A stretch of DNA of 64,000 nt from assembly GCF_009914755.1 (NCBI RefSeq), contig NC_060925.1; one strand, given 5' to 3'. Positions 56,613 through 64,000 of the stretch are shown here, piece by piece (position 1 is the stretch's first letter; every line of letters begins with the position of its first letter). Both the position numbers and the translations under genes were made by a program. The notes under the pieces were generated by a model. The model was not told where the DNA came from. It did not search any database and worked only from the letters and a program-made list of their open reading frames with translations. This stretch comes from the human T2T-CHM13v2.0 reference genome, Homo sapiens.

Positions 56613-59465
56613 TGGTGAGGTGACTGAGTTCCAGAGAGGTCAGGCCACCGACCCAGGCACCAGCTGGTGAGTGGCAGGGATGAGATTTGGAATGTATGTC
56701 CATGGGGCTCCAGAGAGGGCCAGTTCTAACCACTCCACCATCCTACACCTCATGATCTCCTGGGCACTGCCCACCACCTGCCACCCTTGGGAGAGCCACT
56801 CCCCCTCTCTGGACCTCAGTTTTCTCATCTGGAAAATAAAAGGGACAACTCCTGACCCTTCTGCTTCCTGGAATGTTGTGGTGGCTCCTTGTCTACAAGG
56901 TAAATGGACACATAATGACATGGACGATAGCACTGACCCCCACGCCACACATCTGAGCTCCTCAGGCCCGCTCTAAAGCCTATGGAGTAGGGAGCCTCAG
57001 CCTCATTTCTTGAGGAGAGAGCTGAGGCTCAGAGAGGTTCGGGAGCCCACTCGAGGCCACACAGGTAGAAAGGTTAGTGCTGGGACCGTTTTCTGTTGGA
57101 TCCCTTCCCCCATCCTATAGGAGCTGAGCCTCCTTGCACTGTGATCACTGGTGGCTTTTGGACAAAGTAAGAATGAGTTTAAAGGGAACTTAAAAAATGG
57201 ATCATGTCATCTCTCACCATTTAATAGTCATACTCTGAACCAGCAGCTATGAAGCCTGCATGGCCCTGTCCAAATCCCCGTCCAAATCCCCACCCTTGCC
57301 TTCCCCTCCCTCACGGCTCCCAGCTACCTGCTCCTGCAGTTGCTGGAACATGTCCGCCCACGCCTTCTGCCTGACCTGCCTGTGAGCTGCTTCCTCTTCC
57401 TGGAATACTCTTCTCCCTTCCTGCCCCCTCCTCCAACCCACTCTGCACACTGCTGACAGAGGATCTTTAAACACAGGATCCCAGTGGCATCACAACCCAG
57501 CTTCAACCTCTCCCATGGCCCATTACTGCCCTTGTTAAGCTGCTAGACCTTGGCACAGCCCTCGTGGTCCCGCCTGACCCAGTCCTGGTGGTGTTTCCAG
57601 CCTTGCTGCAACCTCGCTGGGGTCTCTGTTCCCTGGATGCCCCAAGCTCCTTCTTGCCTCAGGCCCTTTGCATAGACCGCTCTGGCCACTAGAAAATCTC
57701 TTCTCCTCCTATTTACCTGACTGACTCATTCTGACCCTCCTGGTCTCAGTTCAAATGTTTCCTCAGTGGGGCCTTCCCTGGACTCCCCAGATCAATCCCT
57801 CTTTTTGTTCTCCCTCACATTGTTTTATTCTCTCACTTCACAATAAGCACCCACATTTTAAATTATATTTATTTATGTCTCATTCCTCTCCTAGACTATT
57901 TGCTGTCTCCAGATGGGAAACATCCTGTGATGTTCATGATGTCTAGCACAAAATAGGTGCTAGGTAAATAGATGGAGTGAGTGAATGAGTAAACAAAGTT
58001 GAACATCCTCAGTCTCTTGATGAGACAGAGATTCTGGGGGCAGTGTCCCCAGGAGGGCCTGACAGGTGCCTTTTCCCCCCAAGTGCCTGTATCCCCTTTG
58101 GTGAGTGAAGTCAGCAGGGATGCTGTCACCATGACTACACGCTCAGGAGCCCACATCCTGTTTCAGGACTATATTTAATCCCACTGTGCTCCATTCATCA
58201 CTTCTCCCAGCAAGATCATAACATTTTGACATCATCAGGGGCCTGGAGATGCGAGCGTATCAATGCACCACTGAAATGTCAGGCGGGAGTCCCCCACACT
58301 CCCTCATGCCTGGAAAGGATGAACGGCTTCCACCCATAGGAGGCCATTTATCCTTTGCTTGTTTGGTGAGACCTGCTCCCTGGTGGGGGAGGTGGAAGCC
58401 GCCTGGAGGCCCAAGGCTGTTGGGAACCAGCAGGCACCACCGAGCCCACCTGTCTCCTAATAGGAGCTCACCGCAGCTGCTCAACACATGATTGGTTGAA
58501 TAAAGGAATTAATCGGATTGATCCATCTGACTGGCGGTTTCTGCTGATTGGTTCCTCCTGTGATTTGCTTGTGTGATAAATACTTTCCTCTTCAGTCCTG
58601 GGTTATATAAGGCACTCGCCTTCCTATTGTGTGTCCATTCTGCCAGCAGCTGAAGGGGGCAGTCTAGCTGAGGCCCAGAGCTCAAAAGAACACCTAGGAC
58701 ATTACCTCTTCCAAGGACTATGGGGACGGTGGTGGGGGTTGAGTCCAGACCTCCACTCCCTCCAGCATTCCCTTCTCTTCCTACTTCCACAGAGAGCCCT
58801 ATGAGCAGATTTCTGCTTTCCCAAATTTTCCACTAATTCAGTCTTCTGAGCCCTTGGATCCAGCCCCACCCTACTTTTGCTTACTCCATGGAACTCATTC
58901 TCAGCTTTAAGCTTGGCCCCCTTCCCCCCCAGTCACCTCAGGGAGACCCTTGTTCTCCTAGGATCATCAGGCGCAAAGGCAAAAAGCACATCAGCTCATC
59001 TAGAGGACCTCAGGCGTTTGTCCAGGAACCTGCCCTTCTATTAACAGGGTCCTCTGGTCTGACATGTGGACACTTGGAGAGAGGCAGCCCCACTTTCTCT
59101 AGAATCACAACCTGTAAACACCATCTGAGCCTGGAGTTGTTGGAGGCCACCTTCCCTGCAGTGAGGAGAAAGACTGCCTGAGAAAGGTATCAACACAGAG
59201 GGAAGCAGAGCTAAGAGAAGGAAGGAGGGAGCCAGGGCCTGGTGACACGGTTCGAGCCTCTGCCTCCACCCATCCCTGAAGCCATGGTTCCATGCTGCGA
59301 ATTTTCCAGGAACATTCTAGCTTTCCTTAGCTATGTGTGTTCTGCCCCTTGCAATAAAAGTTCTGCCTAAAACCAGCCTCAATCAAGGGTCAGAGTCAAA
59401 CTCCAGAAGGGAAGCAAGACCTGGAAAGGAGAAGCGAAGCAGCAGAGCTGAGGTGCCGGGAATCC

Positions 59466-59560
59466 TGGGCAGGTGCGCAGGGCGAGGGTGGGCGGGGCCG
59501 TGGGCGGTGCTAGAGGCGGGCCCGACTATGCCAATCTGGGGCGCCGGCCAATGGGAGCCC
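59466..59560. promoter_or_regulatory. Compact GC-box/CCAAT cluster (candidate promoter or enhancer)
   Basis: GGGCGGGG at 59490-59497, further GGCGG boxes, CCAAT at 59531 and 59548, local CpG enrichment. Confidence 0.45.
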
Positions 59561-60469
59561 CTGTGTGTCCTGTCTTAGGATGGACCAGGTATCTTCTGGG
59601 GCCTGTGAGGTGAGACGAAGGTAGGAGTTATCGCCATCTTACAGATCAGGAAACTGAGGCCTAAAGAGGGACGCACAGCTAGAAAGGGGCAGAATCAGGA
59701 TTCAGACTCTGTCAGACTCAAGCCCGAGGTCTGAAGGAGTTCCCTTAAACTGCTGGAGTCAGAGACTGCTAAAATAATGGAATCTCAGAATTCGTACTGA
59801 ATCTGATAAAAAACAGGGCCATCAGGTGTCAAAGTCTAGTACGTCCCCCCACTCACCACACTGTGTCCAGGGCATGCACTCTCTGGGTCTTCCTCTGACC
59901 TCTCGGGCTGGCCCTTCTTAGTCTCTTAGCTGGGTCCTTCTCTTGTTCCTGCTCTCTCAAAATGGGAGAGCCCAGGGCTCAGTCCTCCACCTTCTCCTCC
60001 TCTCCATCGACATTCTCCCCCAGATGAGACCACCCAGTCCCATAGCAATACCATCTACACACTCGCCGCCCCCAAATTGACACTGCTCACCTGGGCTTTG
60101 ACTCTGTCAGCTCCTGCCACATTTCTCCACTTGGACGTCTAACGGGCCTCTCAATGTGTCCGCCTGGAACTACCTCCACCCCCAGCCCAGCCAAGCCTGC
60201 TCTTCTCAGCTTCTGCCCTGTGTCCCCCCTAGCCCCAGTCTTCGGGGGTGGCCCCACCTTCCCCAGCCTGACTGGGAAGTGGGAGTGTCTGAGCTGCTCA
60301 AGGACATGGGCACTGGCTGTGCACCTAGTGTTTACCGCTGATGAGAACAGAGTTTGCAAACAGCTGTCCATGGGGCTGATTCGGCTCACAGATCCATTTC
60401 CTTTGGCTGGCCCTCATGGTGTTTTTTTGTTGTTGTTTAGTAAAATTTTAAATTTTAGAGTAGGTTTAG

Positions 60470-60868
<399 letters not shown>

Positions 60869-61466
60869 CACTCTTTAAAAGTGAGCAAAAATGAGGACAT
60901 TCTACCAAAAAAAAAGACAGAAAAAGAAAAAAAAACCATATATCTGCCATGTCCTGAAAAATCGGATGATCTACCCACGCTAGGCTCAGAATGGGCCACA
61001 GCCATGATGGGGAGCGGAGTCCCTCCCAGCCTGCCCTGTTTGCACAGTGTGTATTTGCTCTTATGTCTGGCTCATTTCACTGCTACATGTTCCCTGCCTG
61101 GCCCCCTTTGGCACTGGTTAAAATAATAGTAGTTTAAGATTCTCAAATCACAGTCATAGAATTGTAGACACCTAGACTTACAGAATCTTAGAATTTGTTA
61201 ATTCATTCAATAAATATTTTCTTAATGTCCACTCTGTGCCAGGCTCTGTGCTGGGTACTGGGACAATTCTGCAGCTGTCAGGTGGAGAACAGATTGTCTT
61301 AAAGCAGGAGTGGAGGCTTGGAGCTGAAGAGGAGGTGGCCATAGCTGGGCAGGCCCCTCAGGCAGAGTGAAACCTCCCTGCCCACTGGTTTCATTCACAC
61401 TCCTCCTAGTGCCAGCAAAGAGGGTCCCATGTCCAGACATGCCAGGAGCTTGGGCCTGCAATCATT

Positions 61467-61521
61467 AGGAACTACAGAATGTCCAGGAACTATAGAATGT
61501 CCAGGACATAGAATGTCCAGG
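61467..61521. repeat. Three-copy 16-18-bp tandem repeat (agga..agaatgtcc)
   Basis: Direct reading. Confidence 0.85.
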
Positions 61522-61992
61522 GAGTCCCCACCTCCCTTCTCCTTGCTGGAAGAAAAGTGTGTGTGTGTGTTGCCTCCCAGCAGGGAAGTCTTAATTCTCT
61601 GTAGTCACTTAAAGTTCATGAGACATCTCAGTGTTCTATTTTTGGTTGGTTTCATCTCTGCAGTTCTCCCCAGCATGGGCAACTGGGATGGCACAGGGGA
61701 AAGGAATGATGTAGAAGCAATGTTTGAACAATAATGACAATATGAATGACCATGACCACCACTTGTGAATCATTACTACGTGCCAGACACTGACCTGCTT
61801 GCTCGCAGACTCCTCAAAAGAGCCCAGCAAAGTTGTCACTCCTCATTTTACAGATGAGGAAACTGAGGCTTTGAGAGGCTAAATAACTTGCTTAAATTCT
61901 CACAATGGCCAAGTGTGAGAGGTGGAAATCAAACCCATTGTCGGTCTAGAGCCTTCTCTCTGCCACTATCTGACCCTCTTGTAATTCTGTAA

Positions 61993-62950
61993 TGTGGGGA
62001 AAAGCAAGAGAGATCAGATTGTCACTGTGTCTGTGTAGAAAGAAGTAGACATGGGAGACTCCATTTTGTTATGTCCTAAGAAAAATTCTTCTGCCTTGAG
62101 ATTCTGTGACCTTACCCCCAACCCCATGCTCTCTGAAACATGTGCTGTGTCAAACTCAGGGTCAAATGGATTAAGGGTTGTGCAAGATGTGCTTTGTTAA
62201 ACAGATGCTTGAAGGCAGCACGCTCCTTAAGAGTCACCACCACTCCCTAATCTCAAGTACCCAGGGACACAAAAACTGCGGAAGGCCGCAGGGACCTCTG
62301 CCTAGGAAAGCCAGGTATTGTCCAAGGTTTCTCCCCATGTGATAGTCTGAAATATGGCCTCGTGGGAAGGGAAAGACCTGACCGTCCCCCAGCCCGACAC
62401 CCGTAAAGGGTCTGTGCTGAGGAGGATTAGTATAAGAGGAAGGCATGCCTCTTGCAGTTGAGATAAGAGGAAGGCATCTGTCTCCTGCCCGTCCCTGGGC
62501 AATGGAATGTCTCGGTATAAAACCCGATTGTACGTTCCATCTACTGAGATAGGGAAAAACCGCCTTAGGGCTGGAGGTGGGACAGGCGGGCAGCAATACT
62601 GCTTTGTAAAGCATTGAGATGTTTATGTGTATGCATATCTAAAAGCACAGCACTTAATCCTTTACCTTGTCTATGATGCAAAGACCTTTGTTCACGTGTT
62701 TGTCTGCTGACCCTCTCCCCACTATTGTCTTGTGACCCTGACACATCCCCCTCTCGGAGAAACACCGACGAATGAATAAATACTAAGGGAACTCAGAGGC
62801 TGGCGGGATCCTCCATATGCTGAACGCTGGTCCCCCGGGTCCCCTTATTTCTTTCTCTATACTTTGTCTCTGTGTCTTTTTCTTTCCTAAGTCTCTCGTT
62901 CCACCTTACGAGAAACACCCACAGGTGTGGAGGGGCAACCCACCCCTTCA
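61993..62950 (+). mobile_element. HERV-K(HML-2) solo LTR, LTR5_Hs-like, 958 bp
   Basis: TG...CA termini; 6-bp TSD ctgtaa at 61987-61992 and 62951-62956; TATAAAA near 62516; AATAAA at 62775-62780. Confidence 0.96.
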
Positions 62951-63019
62951 CTGTAACATGAAGCTATTTATAATGCTCACCTCACTGTCTTCTTGAGAGA
63001 TGGAAATAAGATGATGCAT

Positions 63020-63443
63020 GTATGTTCTCACTTACTTGTGGTATTTAAAAATCCAAACAATTGAACTCATGGAGATAGAGAATAGACGGATGGTCACCAG
63101 AGGCTGGGAAGGGCAATGGGGCTGCGGGGGAGAGGTGGGGATGGTTCATGGGTACAAAAAAGCAATAGAAAGAATGAATAAGACCTAGTATTTGATAGCA
63201 CAACAGGGGGACTATCGTCAATAATAATTTAATTGTACATTTAAAAATAATTAAAAGTGTGTATATGGATTGTTTGTAACACAAAGGATAAATGCTTGAG
63301 GGGATGGATAACCAATTTTCCAGGATGTGATTTTTACACATTGCATGCCTGTACCAAACTATCTCATGTACCCCATAAATATATTAAATATATACCTACT
63401 ATGTGCCCACAAACAATTAAAAATAAAAACAATTAAAAAAAAG
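63020..63443 (+). mobile_element. L1MA 3' end
   Basis: atgttctcactta...aacaattgaactcatggagatagag...tatacctactatgtgcccacaaa plus A-rich tail. Confidence 0.88.
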
Positions 63444-64000
63444 ACGATGCAGTAAAATACTTACCATGGTGTCGGGTGCAAAGTAGGTACTCAACAAACA
63501 GTAGCTGTTAGTATTAGGATTGTAGCTGATCCCAGAAGGAAAGTTGGCTTTGGCTCCCTATTCTAGCCCTACCACCCTCATAGGGGATGTCTGCACTGAG
63601 GCTGGTGTCTCTCTCTCTCTCTTCTGTGTGTGTGTATGTGTGTGGGAGGAAGTTGCTGTTTATTCCTCACTCCACTCTCTGCTAGAGGGAGGGAAAGATT
63701 TGGAGATCAATTCAGTGAAGGCAGGTAAGCTTCAAATACCTCTGAATGACTTGCAATTTATTCATCAGTTTCCTCGAAAACATCATGTCCTGTTCCTCTC
63801 AACCCCATTCTTGAATTTTTCACATTCAACCAGGCAGTGTCCCTTGACTGGGGTAATTTCAAGCAATCCTCTCTGTTCCAGCACCTTTGAGAGACAGATC
63901 TTATTGTGTCCACTTCACAGGTTGAGGAATCTATGCTTGTGTAACCCCTGCTCCCCTCTACCTCTCTCCAATGGGCAAGGCTGTGTCCCCAGGCCCTGCT

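Overview
Human-type (primate) genomic DNA; nothing prokaryotic is present. Bases ~6.5-29.5 kb hold the 3' half of PTPRU (receptor-type PTP U; human chr1p35) on the + strand. I traced 15 constitutive coding exons by hand, with GT-AG boundaries and consistent phases, from the juxtamembrane region through PTP domains D1 and D2 to the stop codon (28313-28315). There is also an 18-nt in-frame microexon (IRINRE, 9783-9800) and a poly(A) signal at 29431 that sits inside a MIR. The rest is repeat-rich intergenic DNA: an old ~750-bp tandem duplication; a decayed full-length ERV-L provirus with LTR41-type LTRs (~34.9-44.2 kb) carrying nested insertions; and two ~97%-identical HERV-K(HML-2) LTR5_Hs solo LTRs in inverted orientation ~20 kb apart. 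Most ORF-track entries are noise. I cannot support a new protein-coding system. The best leads are TE-derived regulatory or structural features and PTPRU splicing elements. Repeat subfamily names come from recalled consensus sequences and were not checked against a database.
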